From a virus (Duplodnaviria > Caudoviricetes), in the IMG/VR virus record IMGVR_UViG_3300030708_003161, positions 1 to 60,954 of that record: a stretch of 60,954 nucleotides of DNA. One strand, written 5' to 3'. A model generated the notes under the pieces. That model worked only from the letters and a program-made list of their open reading frames with translations. It did not search any database and had not been told where the DNA came from. Position numbers and translations under genes: made by a program. Positions 26,941 to 37,361 of this stretch are shown here, one piece after another; position 1 is the first letter of the stretch; each line of letters begins with the position of its first letter.

Positions 26941-29900
26941 ATGGCAGGTAATATATTAAATTTTAGTACTAGTCGTTTAATTACAGGCATAAACGTTATA
27001 GACGGTATGCTATTTTGGGTAGATAACGAAACTGAGCCACATAAAATTAACATTGAAAAATTTAAAGGTAATTTTGAAGGAGTTGATGTCGATCATAGTT
27101 CTGGCACAACACAAATATATAATAGGCCTTTTGAATTAAGAGACATTACAGTACTTAAAGAACATCCTACAGAAAGTATACAAACCGCTCATACAACGGT
27201 AGCCATGATAGACCCTATTGATATTATTGTTGATGATGACGGTGATGGTGATGATGGTGGAGGTGGTTCTCCTAAAGGAGTAAAAAGTAAAAAATTAGTA
27301 GTAGTTACAAATGATTCATATAATCCGTCTATAGTACAAGTTCAATTTACCGGTTATATTACTAATTCAAAAAATTTAACAGAAGGAGGTTTTTATTGGT
27401 CTCATACTAATTCAACTTACGATACTATAAAAGCAGGATTAAGTGCGTCTCCTCCAACATCCTTTAAAATAGTTACAAATACTAATGTTATTAGTAGAGA
27501 TTATTATAATAGTATACCGTTAAACGCTTCTATACAATCAGTAGATAGCTCATCTTCAAATAAAGATTATAATGCAAACTTAACTACAGGAGCACTTAGT
27601 TATTTTGCTTTTGGAAAAGAAGAGGGTATACCAAAAGAGGATTTTGGTAGGATTATAAATTTGCATGTAAAAACTAACCCTTCTAATCAGGGTAGCGGGA
27701 CTACTACAGATTTTACAACAACGGGTAGTTATTCTTCTGCTTTAACAGGCGCAATAGTATTAAATGGAAAATATACTACTGCTATAACTGTTTCTACGCA
27801 AGGTTTTTATGTAAGTAAGCCATATGTAAATAGTGATTATGGGGCACCGACTGTACAAGAAATTATAGATCAAGCAAATAATAACACGGATCCTGATAAT
27901 AATTTTCCAGGAAAGCATTTATCTTATAATATTTTTGGTAATAAAAGTGGAACTCCTTTAACCTCTTTTTCATCAACTCTTAGAAATGTTAGAGGCGGAT
28001 ATACATATTATTATGTAGGATATTTAGTTGATAGAAATGGAACTCAATATTCAGATGGTCACGTTCTTGCCAGTACTGTAAAAAACAAAATAGTTACAGA
28101 TAGCCAAAAAGCAAAAGCAGCGGTTTTTAATTTATCAGGATCTCCTAAATCTGGTGGTGCAATATTAAAAGGAGAAATATATCATACCGGATTTACCGGC
28201 GCAGATATTTCTGATTTTGGATTTTATTTTTCTACAGTTATTTCAGATCCTTATGATTTAGTAGATGAATTTAGTCAAGGTGTAAATGCAAATGGAACTC
28301 CAAGTAAAACAGGAGCCGCAGCAAATACTTTTAAATTTTCTTCTAATGATACTCTTACTAATGATGTAGGTGAATTTACTTTTGATACTACTTTAGCTGT
28401 ACAAAATTTAGCACCTGGAACAACTATATATTATGTTGCTTTTGCAACAAACCCAGGCGGTGAAGCTTTAGCCACAAACTTTGTTTCACAGTTAAGTTAT
28501 GTTAGTTCATTTGGTAAATCAGCTGAAATAGCTACTGTTCAAACAGCAAAAGATCTAGATGCTCCTGTAATAGAAATAACAGACATACAGACTAAAGATT
28601 ATTCTGGGTATGGTTATCAAAAGCTTAACGATAATGGACAGGTTGAATCGGTTGATTTAAGAGAAGTTAACACTGATCCAAGTGGGCAAGCTCGAGGAAC
28701 AACTGGATATGATGTGACAGTTCATTTTACGCATTCACCTGCATCGTTGGGAACGCCTAAAGCAATTACTTTATATAGTGTAAGACCATATAGTGATAAA
28801 TATATTAATGCAACTAACTACAATGGTTTTAAAGATTTTGATAATTTATTTCAAGCTTTAGATGAATTATCCGATGAAACCGAAGGAATATTAAGTGATA
28901 GAACAAACATAAGTTCAAGTACATTTCCACCTCATCCTCCTGTTAATACAAAATTGTATGAAAATGGTGCTATTAATTCTTTTACTATTGATAGCGCAGC
29001 AAGAGGCAGTGAGCCTACAGTATTTTCTTTTGATCCTGATAGTAGTACAAATACAACTGTAAGTAATACTAATTTTTTAGGGGAATATAAAACAGATTTT
29101 AAATTAGCTATTAAGCATGCTTCCTTAACTGATCAAAGAATTTGGCAAGAAACATTAGAATATTTTTATGGCCCTGATGCTAAAGATCCGCAAGGAGCAG
29201 GCCCACATAAAGCAACAAGTTTTATTGCCGAGGTTGAATATGCTAATAATAAAGTATTTAGAAGTGAAATTAAATATAGCGGAATTCCTCAGTCATATAC
29301 CCCAGCCCCTTTCTCAGGCGGCGCGTGTGGTATAACTTCTGGTGCACCTCTTGTAAGAACAAATGATAGTTCTGGAGACGGTTATTTAAAATCTTCTCTT
29401 ACACAAAATTCTATTACATTATTAGGAATGGTAGGTGCTAACGGTGGTCCAGGAAGATCCCCGTCAGGTGGTAATCAACAAGTAGTGCAAGATATTGGAT
29501 TTTATTATAGTACAACTAAACCACCAACAGATAATAATCCAACATTTTTTAGTAGCGCAACAAATGATGATTTAGATACATGGGCTACCTCTGCTTCTAA
29601 AGCGCCTTTGACAAGCTCAACAACTCCAACTACTTTGTCGCAAGCTAGAGCTCATGCTACTAACCCTGATCCTGATCAAACTGATTCAGCTATAAACGGT
29701 TGTTATAGAGATTATGCGGTGACCGTTCCAAATCTTACCCCAAATACAACATATTATTATGCTGCTTTTTGTTTACCAGAAAATGTAGGAAGAGCGGGCG
29801 GATATGCATCTTTATTAGATTTAACAGGAGGTGCTTATAATGCTAGAAAATGGGGTGTAGTAAAATCATTTACAACAGAAGGAACAGGAAGTATAGTTGA

Positions 29901-31155
29901 TCATCCGCCCACTGTTACAATACTTGATTATGGTGTAGATGCTGGATTAAATAAAGTATTTTTATCCGGTGAAGCAATTGCTGAAGGTAAAAATTATAAA
30001 GTTAATTCTGTAGGTTTTTACTTAAAAAAAGTAAGTATAATTGGTGCTAGTGCAACAGAATCTCAAATATTAACAGGCCTTGCAAATGCAACTTCAAGGA
30101 TAACTATTAATGCAACAGTTGGATCTGGTATTTATGATGATACTTTTAACACAGATACTATTTTACCAACACCTAAGGCAGATTATTATGCTGCTGCTTT
30201 TGCAACATTTAAAATAAATGGTGGTAATATTACAAGTCCTGTTTTAAGTAGTAACTATGAAAAAATTAATTTTGCTTCTAGTGTAACACCTCAATCGTTG
30301 CTGCCTAATGTAGAAAATGTAAAATGGAGTAAAAATGGCAAAAAAGGGACCTTTACTGGAATAGTAAAAGCAAATAATTCTGCTATAACTGATGCCGGCT
30401 TTTACATAATAGGTAAAGAAGGCTCTCATATGACTCAAGATTTAACTATAGGTGGAGTTACAACAACAACTCAATTTGCTAAACCAGCGGATGGAGCTGC
30501 ATTAAAAGCTATTTTTGATTCTCCACCATCTGGTGTAATTACACATAAACTATCTTTACATTCAAGTAATATTACTAGCCCGCTTAATTCTTTTGATTTA
30601 CAATTTGATAATCTTAAATTTAAACATACATATTATGCCGCGGCTTATGCTGTTAATTCTACTGGAGAAAAACAAGCTCCTACCTGTTTAAGAGTTTATG
30701 AAAATCCTCCTGTAGGGCATTTTTTTGGTGTTAATGCTAATGTATTAACATTTGATAAAAATGGTAAATTTTTATTTTCAGATTCAAAAGTAGCAACCAA
30801 TGATACTCTTTATGCATCCACTATTGCCCCCGTTACTCTTCCTAAAATGGGAAGATGGAGAATAAGTGGCTATCCATCAGAATGGAACGATGGTTCTAAA
30901 AGAGTGCCAAAAGCAACAGTAACAAATTGGATATTCGGAGGTACTCCTTGGAAAATACATATTGATTTAAAAGGTATTGTAAATAAAGGTTCGCAGAGGC
31001 ATTGTTTTTATAAAATTTCTGAGATTAATGATTCTAATCAAAACATTGGGGATGGAATTCAAGTTAAAATTGTACAATTAGGACCAGGAAATAATAATCC
31101 TCGTACACCGCTTTATATTCCAACAAGTTTTACAGACAATCCTTCAACATATTAA
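26941..31155 (+). CDS. Tail stabilisation/muzzle protein part 2, with FN3-like repeat array
   Basis: N-terminus ILNF..RLITGINVIDGMLFWVDNETEPHKINI; D/G linker; six GFY-containing modules. Confidence 0.72.
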   Translation: MAGNILNFSTSRLITGINVIDGMLFWVDNETEPHKINIEKFKGNFEGVDVDHSSGTTQIYNRPFELRDITVLKEHPTESIQTAHTTVAMIDPIDIIVDDDGDGDDGGGGSPKGVKSKKLVVVTNDSYNPSIVQVQFTGYITNSKNLTEGGFYWSHTNSTYDTIKAGLSASPPTSFKIVTNTNVISRDYYNSIPLNASIQSVDSSSSNKDYNANLTTGALSYFAFGKEEGIPKEDFGRIINLHVKTNPSNQGSGTTTDFTTTGSYSSALTGAIVLNGKYTTAITVSTQGFYVSKPYVNSDYGAPTVQEIIDQANNNTDPDNNFPGKHLSYNIFGNKSGTPLTSFSSTLRNVRGGYTYYYVGYLVDRNGTQYSDGHVLASTVKNKIVTDSQKAKAAVFNLSGSPKSGGAILKGEIYHTGFTGADISDFGFYFSTVISDPYDLVDEFSQGVNANGTPSKTGAAANTFKFSSNDTLTNDVGEFTFDTTLAVQNLAPGTTIYYVAFATNPGGEALATNFVSQLSYVSSFGKSAEIATVQTAKDLDAPVIEITDIQTKDYSGYGYQKLNDNGQVESVDLREVNTDPSGQARGTTGYDVTVHFTHSPASLGTPKAITLYSVRPYSDKYINATNYNGFKDFDNLFQALDELSDETEGILSDRTNISSSTFPPHPPVNTKLYENGAINSFTIDSAARGSEPTVFSFDPDSSTNTTVSNTNFLGEYKTDFKLAIKHASLTDQRIWQETLEYFYGPDAKDPQGAGPHKATSFIAEVEYANNKVFRSEIKYSGIPQSYTPAPFSGGACGITSGAPLVRTNDSSGDGYLKSSLTQNSITLLGMVGANGGPGRSPSGGNQQVVQDIGFYYSTTKPPTDNNPTFFSSATNDDLDTWATSASKAPLTSSTTPTTLSQARAHATNPDPDQTDSAINGCYRDYAVTVPNLTPNTTYYYAAFCLPENVGRAGGYASLLDLTGGAYNARKWGVVKSFTTEGTGSIVDHPPTVTILDYGVDAGLNKVFLSGEAIAEGKNYKVNSVGFYLKKVSIIGASATESQILTGLANATSRITINATVGSGIYDDTFNTDTILPTPKADYYAAAFATFKINGGNITSPVLSSNYEKINFASSVTPQSLLPNVENVKWSKNGKKGTFTGIVKANNSAITDAGFYIIGKEGSHMTQDLTIGGVTTTTQFAKPADGAALKAIFDSPPSGVITHKLSLHSSNITSPLNSFDLQFDNLKFKHTYYAAAYAVNSTGEKQAPTCLRVYENPPVGHFFGVNANVLTFDKNGKFLFSDSKVATNDTLYASTIAPVTLPKMGRWRISGYPSEWNDGSKRVPKATVTNWIFGGTPWKIHIDLKGIVNKGSQRHCFYKISEINDSNQNIGDGIQVKIVQLGPGNNNPRTPLYIPTSFTDNPSTY

Positions 31156-31169
31156 TTACTAAATTATAA

Positions 31170-34100
31170 ATGTCAAATAAAAAACCCTTTGAAAAAACAT
31201 TTCCGTATTTTAGTTATAGATGGAAATACGATGATGGTGAATACTCGCCTTTTGCTCCTTTCACTGAGGTACAATTTTCAGCTAGAGAAAACCCAGGTGA
31301 TATAGAAAGATTAAAAAATGGTTTTAATGTATTTATGACTAATAATCTTGAATCTATAACACTTACAAATATACCTGTTGGAAGAGAAGATGTTGTAGCT
31401 GTAGATATATTATATACAGAATCAATAAGTTCAACTATATATGTTTTAAAAACTGTTGAAATTGACATTAAAGATAGGGGTAAACTACCACTTAGTGATA
31501 TAATTATAAATAGAAGATCTTTTGGTGCTGCTTTACCAGCTGATCAATTATCAAGACATTTTGACAATGTACCTCGTAAAGCAAAAGCTCAAGAGTTTAC
31601 GGCTAATAGAATAATATATGGAAATTATTTACAAAAATTTAATCAAGATAAAAATGAATTAGGAGGTAATGGATTAATTATACAGCCTGAAATAGGTTAT
31701 AAAACAAGCCCTTCAGCTGGCCCTTCTGTAAAAACAGATAGATCATATGAAATTGGTGTAGTATATATTGACCCATTTGGTAGGCAAGGAGGTTTATTAA
31801 CTCAAAAAGTTGCGGATAATGATTTTGGAGGTGGTTCTTTAATAAAAACAGATTATACATATGAATCAAGAATATGTTTATCTGCATGTATTAAATCTGA
31901 ACCTCCTTCTTGGGCAAAATATTATAGATATTTTATAAAAGATATTTCTAATACAGCATTTAACTTAACAGCATTTAATTCATATTCTGACGGTACCGGA
32001 GATGAAAATGTAAATTGTTATCTTCAATTTGATTCTAAAGATAGAAATAAAATTACAGAAGATTCTTTTCTACTTATAAGAAGAGACGGGCATAGAAACA
32101 TTAGTACAGGAGGGGTTGTTATGAATAAATCAATACGAATACCTGTACTCGCTATAGAAGATGAAGCTCCTGATATTGTAAAATCTCAAGTAAAAGAAAG
32201 ATTTAGTGCTGCTCTTGTTCGAATAATAAGTGAATCTGCTGATATTGTGGGAGCATTTGGATTTACTAGCCCACAGGGTATTAGTAGCTTAACAAGTCCT
32301 TTTTTTGTTACATCTGTTGGTACTGACTATGCTTCTTCCGGTGTATTAGGTATTTTAAATAGTTATTTTTCATCCCAAGGAGTTACCCAATCTAACCTTT
32401 TTGAACTAGATAATTCCGGTAATACAACAGCAGAAGTTACTATTGATTGCTCGGGTTTTGCTGAAAGATTAGCCGTAAAATTAGAATCAAGAAATTTAGC
32501 TGAAAATAAAGTTGTAGGAGAAACTAAAAAAGTTTTAGTAGATAATATAATTTTTGGTAAATCAACTAGTCAAAAACAAAGAACAACATTTAAAATAACT
32601 TTTTCAAACCAAATTGATGATGATGATCAAGTTACTAGTACTATAGGATTTGATACTACATTATCAGGTGGAGCAGGAGGCGATTTTGATTTAGATCCAA
32701 ATGATAATAATATACAACAGTCTGTTGTTTTTTATAAAAGAGGATTAAGCGAAGAAGGTGAGGATAAATTAAAAGGTTCATTTTTTGTTAAAGTACCACA
32801 AAATTTACCAGGAATAGATCCTTTTGATACAACTAATAGAATTTTTAATATTCCTATTGGTCAAACAGAGTTTGATGATGAAGGTGAAGTTAAGGTATTA
32901 CGTTTAATTGATTTTGAAACAGAACCAGCGGATGAATCTAATTTAGATTTATATTGGGAAGGATCAGATACATTTTTAATAACAGACGACCCCGATACAA
33001 ACGAGCATGGGAAAGTAAATGTTATTCCATGGAGTAACTGTATTGCTACCGTTGGAGGAACAACAAACGAAATAATTAGAGAATCTGTAACTATATTAGA
33101 TAAATTTAATGCAACTACTTTAGTAAAAGGAATACGTGTTAATACACCTTTACCTTTTTATACAGAAGAAAGAAGAAAAGCAGGTTTAATATTTTCTGGA
33201 TTATATAATTCTAGAACAGGTATAAATAGATTAAACAATTTTTCTGAAGCTGACGGTATTACAAAAGAAATAGAACCTAATTATGGCGGTATACAAAAAC
33301 TTTATGCATTAGATACAAATTTATTAACAATTACTGAAGATAAAGTTTTTAGAGTATTAGCAGATAAAGATGCGTTGTTTAATGCAGATGAAGGCGTAAA
33401 CGTTACAGCTACTAAATTAGTTTTAGGTCAAGCAATAGCATATCAAGGTAATTATGGAATAAGCACACATCCTGAATCATTTGTATATTTTAGAAATAAT
33501 GTATATTTTTCAGATGCTAAAAGAGGTAGTATAGTTCAATTAACACCTGCTAATGGACAAATGTTTGCCATTAGTTCTAAAGGAATGTCAAACTTTTTTA
33601 GAGATAGGCTAAGAACAGCTAATAATATTATAGGGGCTTACGATGGGCACAAAAAAATTTATGTAGTATCATTACAAGGGTATGACCATACGGATGCTTC
33701 TATTGGCTCCGAAAGTATCCCAAATGAGACATCTAACATAACTTTAGCTTATAGTTTAAATTCTCAAGGGTGGACAAGTAGATATTCTTTTATTCCTGAA
33801 ACAGGAGTTAGCCTAAATAATAAATTTTATACATTTAAAAATGGTAAAGTTTATCTACATCATTCTAATACAGCAAATAGAAATAATTTTTATGGTGTAG
33901 CAGGGCATTCAGAAGTACAAATAATATTTAATGATAATCCTTCTTTTGTTTCAGATTGGTTAGCATTAAATTATGAAGGTACAACAGGTTGGACAGCATC
34001 AGAAATAATAGGCGAACAAGATTCAGCTTATAATATAACCAATGTTAGATTACTAGATTCTGAAGATTCTAATTTTGATGGTTGGTTTTTAAAAGAAGGT

Positions 34101-34322
34101 AAATATCATGGCTCTATAGTTGGTACTCAACCTGTATACATTATACAGCCCGGTAGTTCAATTGGATCAGATGGATTCTATCCGTTAATTCAAGACGGGT
34201 CAAATACACAAGATATATCTGGTACAAAAGGCTTTTTCTTAAAAGCAAGATTTAAAAATACATCAACTTCTGTATGTGAACTTGCAGCAGTTGGAAGTGA
34301 ATATTATATTAGTCAAACTTAA
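31170..34322 (+). CDS. Tail stabilisation/muzzle protein part 3 (C-terminal core)
   Basis: FSYRWKYDDGEYSPFAPF, NRIIYGNY, YGISTHPESF, GWTSRYSFIPE, KEGKY, ELAAVGSE. Confidence 0.8.
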   Translation: MSNKKPFEKTFPYFSYRWKYDDGEYSPFAPFTEVQFSARENPGDIERLKNGFNVFMTNNLESITLTNIPVGREDVVAVDILYTESISSTIYVLKTVEIDIKDRGKLPLSDIIINRRSFGAALPADQLSRHFDNVPRKAKAQEFTANRIIYGNYLQKFNQDKNELGGNGLIIQPEIGYKTSPSAGPSVKTDRSYEIGVVYIDPFGRQGGLLTQKVADNDFGGGSLIKTDYTYESRICLSACIKSEPPSWAKYYRYFIKDISNTAFNLTAFNSYSDGTGDENVNCYLQFDSKDRNKITEDSFLLIRRDGHRNISTGGVVMNKSIRIPVLAIEDEAPDIVKSQVKERFSAALVRIISESADIVGAFGFTSPQGISSLTSPFFVTSVGTDYASSGVLGILNSYFSSQGVTQSNLFELDNSGNTTAEVTIDCSGFAERLAVKLESRNLAENKVVGETKKVLVDNIIFGKSTSQKQRTTFKITFSNQIDDDDQVTSTIGFDTTLSGGAGGDFDLDPNDNNIQQSVVFYKRGLSEEGEDKLKGSFFVKVPQNLPGIDPFDTTNRIFNIPIGQTEFDDEGEVKVLRLIDFETEPADESNLDLYWEGSDTFLITDDPDTNEHGKVNVIPWSNCIATVGGTTNEIIRESVTILDKFNATTLVKGIRVNTPLPFYTEERRKAGLIFSGLYNSRTGINRLNNFSEADGITKEIEPNYGGIQKLYALDTNLLTITEDKVFRVLADKDALFNADEGVNVTATKLVLGQAIAYQGNYGISTHPESFVYFRNNVYFSDAKRGSIVQLTPANGQMFAISSKGMSNFFRDRLRTANNIIGAYDGHKKIYVVSLQGYDHTDASIGSESIPNETSNITLAYSLNSQGWTSRYSFIPETGVSLNNKFYTFKNGKVYLHHSNTANRNNFYGVAGHSEVQIIFNDNPSFVSDWLALNYEGTTGWTASEIIGEQDSAYNITNVRLLDSEDSNFDGWFLKEGKYHGSIVGTQPVYIIQPGSSIGSDGFYPLIQDGSNTQDISGTKGFFLKARFKNTSTSVCELAAVGSEYYISQT

Positions 34323-34336
34323 AAAAAAATTAAAAA

Positions 34337-34948
34337 ATGGCAATACCATTAGCAGCAGTAGGCGCATTAGTAGGCGGTTTGGGACAAATGGCAGGGGGAA
34401 TAATTGGTAGTGGAAAAAGAAGGCGTGAAGCAGCAGCGGCACAAGCTCAATTTGCACAAGCACAATCCAATTTTGCAACACAGCAAATGACAAATCAATT
34501 TTCAGGTCTTGAAAATCCGTTTGAAGATTTAACTGTTAATCAACAAGCATCTCAGTTTCAAGCACAACAAACAGACCAAGCTTTAGCACAGGCTCTAGAT
34601 GCCGCTGCTTTAACTGGGGGAAGTGGTGGTGCTCAAGCTATAGCAGATGCAGCGCTTAGAGCTAAACAAGGTATCAGTGCAGATCTTGCAAAACAAGAAC
34701 AAGCTAATGCACGATTAGCAGCTCAAGCACAAGCACAAATGGATTTCCAAGCAGCACAATCTGCAGATGATATACAACTTAGAAATTATACAAGAAGTCA
34801 ACAAATGCTAAACATGGCTTCTGCTCGGGTTGAAGCATCTAATGCAGCAAGAGCACAAGCAACACAAGCAATTATAGGAGGGTTTGGATCATTAGCTGGA
34901 TCAGCTCAAAAAGGAGCTTTTGATGGCATATCATTTGGTGGTAAATAA
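34337..34948 (+). CDS. Putative ejection (internal virion) protein
   Basis: G/A-rich hydrophobic N-terminus, Q/A-rich helical body, NPFEDLTVNQQ. Confidence 0.7.
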   Translation: MAIPLAAVGALVGGLGQMAGGIIGSGKRRREAAAAQAQFAQAQSNFATQQMTNQFSGLENPFEDLTVNQQASQFQAQQTDQALAQALDAAALTGGSGGAQAIADAALRAKQGISADLAKQEQANARLAAQAQAQMDFQAAQSADDIQLRNYTRSQQMLNMASARVEASNAARAQATQAIIGGFGSLAGSAQKGAFDGISFGGK

Positions 34949-34954
34949 TAAATT

Positions 34955-37351
34955 ATGAGTAAAAATAAATCAAATAGTCCATTTTTTGCAATAGGACAAG
35001 GAATAGACAATATATTAGATTACGCTTCAATAGCAAGAGCAGGACAACCTACAAATTTTTTAGGCAATGCTGTTTACAAAATAGGTGAAATAATATCTCA
35101 GTTAGATTTTGATAAAATGCAACAAAATAGAATTGCAAAAAAAATTGAAAATCTTACAGATCAAGAAAAATATATTGAACCAACGTTAGAGCCAAAAGAA
35201 GTTCCAGTTGAGCTTGAAGAAATGCCGGTATCAAATCTTAGAATTAACCTTCTTGATGTTAACCCAAAAAGAACTACAGGTCAAGTTGTTAAAAAGCAAG
35301 TTGAAGAAATTAAAAAAGAAGTTGTTGATAAAACAAAACCTACAGTTCAATCAGCAACAGTTAGCCCTACGACTGGTGAGAAAGTTGTTATAGATAACAA
35401 AGGCACAATAGGTACAATACAAGGAACAGAAGGTTATGATGTTAGTTTAAAATCAGACGATTTAAAGGGTATAAATGCTAACCAACAAAGACAAGCCCAA
35501 ATACAAGCAATAGCTAGAGAAAAAAATATTTCTATAGAAGAAGCTGAAGCTATAATTAAAGAAGAAGAAAAACAAAGTAAAATTAGTGTTGGCAGCGCGG
35601 GAGATTTATTAGCATCTTCAAATCAATTTTTAGTTACAGATTTAGATGCAAATACCCCTTCAGGGCCTGATCAAGAATTTGTATATAAAGATACACGTCC
35701 TTGGTATGAACAGCTTTTATTTGGAGCAGAAAGTCCTGAAATGATTGAGGCAAAAAAACAGGATTTTTTAAATAATCCAGGGTCATCTAATAAACGACTT
35801 AAATCTGAAATATTAGAAATAATAGAAGCATCTAGATATAAAAGAGAAGGCGCTGAAGATACACCATTACATAGAATATCACATGTATTGAATAGTCCTT
35901 ATTATAGAACTGATGGCAAATCTTACAAGTATTTAAGAGAGTTAACTCAACCTTCTGCTTCAGCACAAGCGGCAGCCGCTTCAAAATCTAGATTTTTTTC
36001 TGATTTTGGTTTAGGTCCCGGAAGTTTTAATTTAGGCATAGAAAACTTCAATGCACAAATTAAACAAGAAAATTATAAAAGAAAAGTTCAAAATGATTTT
36101 GATGAAGATTTAACAAAAGAACTTAATAGTTTAAATGTAGATTTAGATAAATCTAATGTAGACGGGCAACAAAGAAAAGATCTTCTTGATTATGTTACGC
36201 AAAAGAAAAAAGAATTAGCTGGAGCTTTTACAAAATATACTAATGGTGATATAGATGCAACAGCATATAATCTTTTAAATCAAAAATATAATGCCGAGGT
36301 AGATACTTTAGCTTCTGATTTAGGTATAATAAAAACAAAAGCACAAGAGTATATAAAACAAAAAGATAACATTGATTTAAGAGCAAGTAATCCAGAAGCT
36401 GCAGATTTTTATGAAACCGCTATAAAAAATCCTAATAGCATAAGAATTAAAACAATAAATAATAGAAGTTATTTTACAGGTGAAACTAATAGTGGTAAAA
36501 AATTTAAAATAGAAGTTGGTGCATTAACTAATGGAGACGCTTCTTTTATGTTAACTGGTAAAGCAGATCCTGCTACTTATATAACAAATGCTTTAAAATC
36601 TATGCAAGATTATACCGAAGAAATGCGCACAAAATTCGGGCAAGGCGTAGGACAATTAAAAGACGACACAGAAAGAGATAGTAGAGGTAATATTGTTAGA
36701 AAAAGCAAAATAAGAGAAATTGGAGAAAACAAAATGCTTGCTAATTTTAGACAAGACTCTGATACGGTTAGATCTTTACTTTCACAGATTAGAGGAATTG
36801 ATTTTGATGGTTATCAAACATTAATTAATCAAGACAGAAATGGTGATGGTAAAACAGATTCAACAGAAATAAAGCAAAATGAAGAAGAAATAATGAAACA
36901 GCTTGCTGAAGAAATGTATGATCAATTTGTTTCTCCTCAATATAATCCTAAAACAGAAACTAAAAGCAGAACTTCAACAACAGGTAGTAGATCTGGTGGC
37001 GGTGGTGGCCGAGGAACTCAAGGAGAAAGAGAAAGATTTGCTTTAGGTCAATTAATAAATCAATTACCTGAAAAACCTACTGCAGAAAATTTTAAACAAT
37101 TTGCAGATTACCTTGATACAAATGAAATTAATTATACTATAAAAGATGGTAAATTAATAATAGGTAAAAAAGGTAAAAAAATGGATGAAATAGATTTTAC
37201 AGATCCAGGTTTTAAAACTAAATTTTCAAAATTTGCAACATTACCAGCTTTTGTAAATCCAAATGCTTATAATGTACAACAAAATAACACAGGTGTAACA
37301 CAAGAACAAATAAATGCAGCTTATAAAGCATATTTAGATAGAAAAAAATAA
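34955..37351 (+). CDS. Putative ejection (internal virion) protein
   Basis: 798-aa helical protein between tail genes and the giant gene; contains an EF-hand-like loop. Confidence 0.65.
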   Translation: MSKNKSNSPFFAIGQGIDNILDYASIARAGQPTNFLGNAVYKIGEIISQLDFDKMQQNRIAKKIENLTDQEKYIEPTLEPKEVPVELEEMPVSNLRINLLDVNPKRTTGQVVKKQVEEIKKEVVDKTKPTVQSATVSPTTGEKVVIDNKGTIGTIQGTEGYDVSLKSDDLKGINANQQRQAQIQAIAREKNISIEEAEAIIKEEEKQSKISVGSAGDLLASSNQFLVTDLDANTPSGPDQEFVYKDTRPWYEQLLFGAESPEMIEAKKQDFLNNPGSSNKRLKSEILEIIEASRYKREGAEDTPLHRISHVLNSPYYRTDGKSYKYLRELTQPSASAQAAAASKSRFFSDFGLGPGSFNLGIENFNAQIKQENYKRKVQNDFDEDLTKELNSLNVDLDKSNVDGQQRKDLLDYVTQKKKELAGAFTKYTNGDIDATAYNLLNQKYNAEVDTLASDLGIIKTKAQEYIKQKDNIDLRASNPEAADFYETAIKNPNSIRIKTINNRSYFTGETNSGKKFKIEVGALTNGDASFMLTGKADPATYITNALKSMQDYTEEMRTKFGQGVGQLKDDTERDSRGNIVRKSKIREIGENKMLANFRQDSDTVRSLLSQIRGIDFDGYQTLINQDRNGDGKTDSTEIKQNEEEIMKQLAEEMYDQFVSPQYNPKTETKSRTSTTGSRSGGGGGRGTQGERERFALGQLINQLPEKPTAENFKQFADYLDTNEINYTIKDGKLIIGKKGKKMDEIDFTDPGFKTKFSKFATLPAFVNPNAYNVQQNNTGVTQEQINAAYKAYLDRKK

Positions 37352-37361
37352 ATCCTAATAC

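Noticed and set aside
24854-34322. Stop-codon reassignment or introns explaining the split muzzle gene
   Set aside because: Core genes are intact under code 11, no suppressor tRNA is present, the parts end in TAA and restart at ATG, and no group I/II intron features are visible.
36795-36815. IDFDGY as an RNA polymerase catalytic motif
   Set aside because: Lacks the third Asp (DxDGD) and any surrounding double-psi-barrel motifs.
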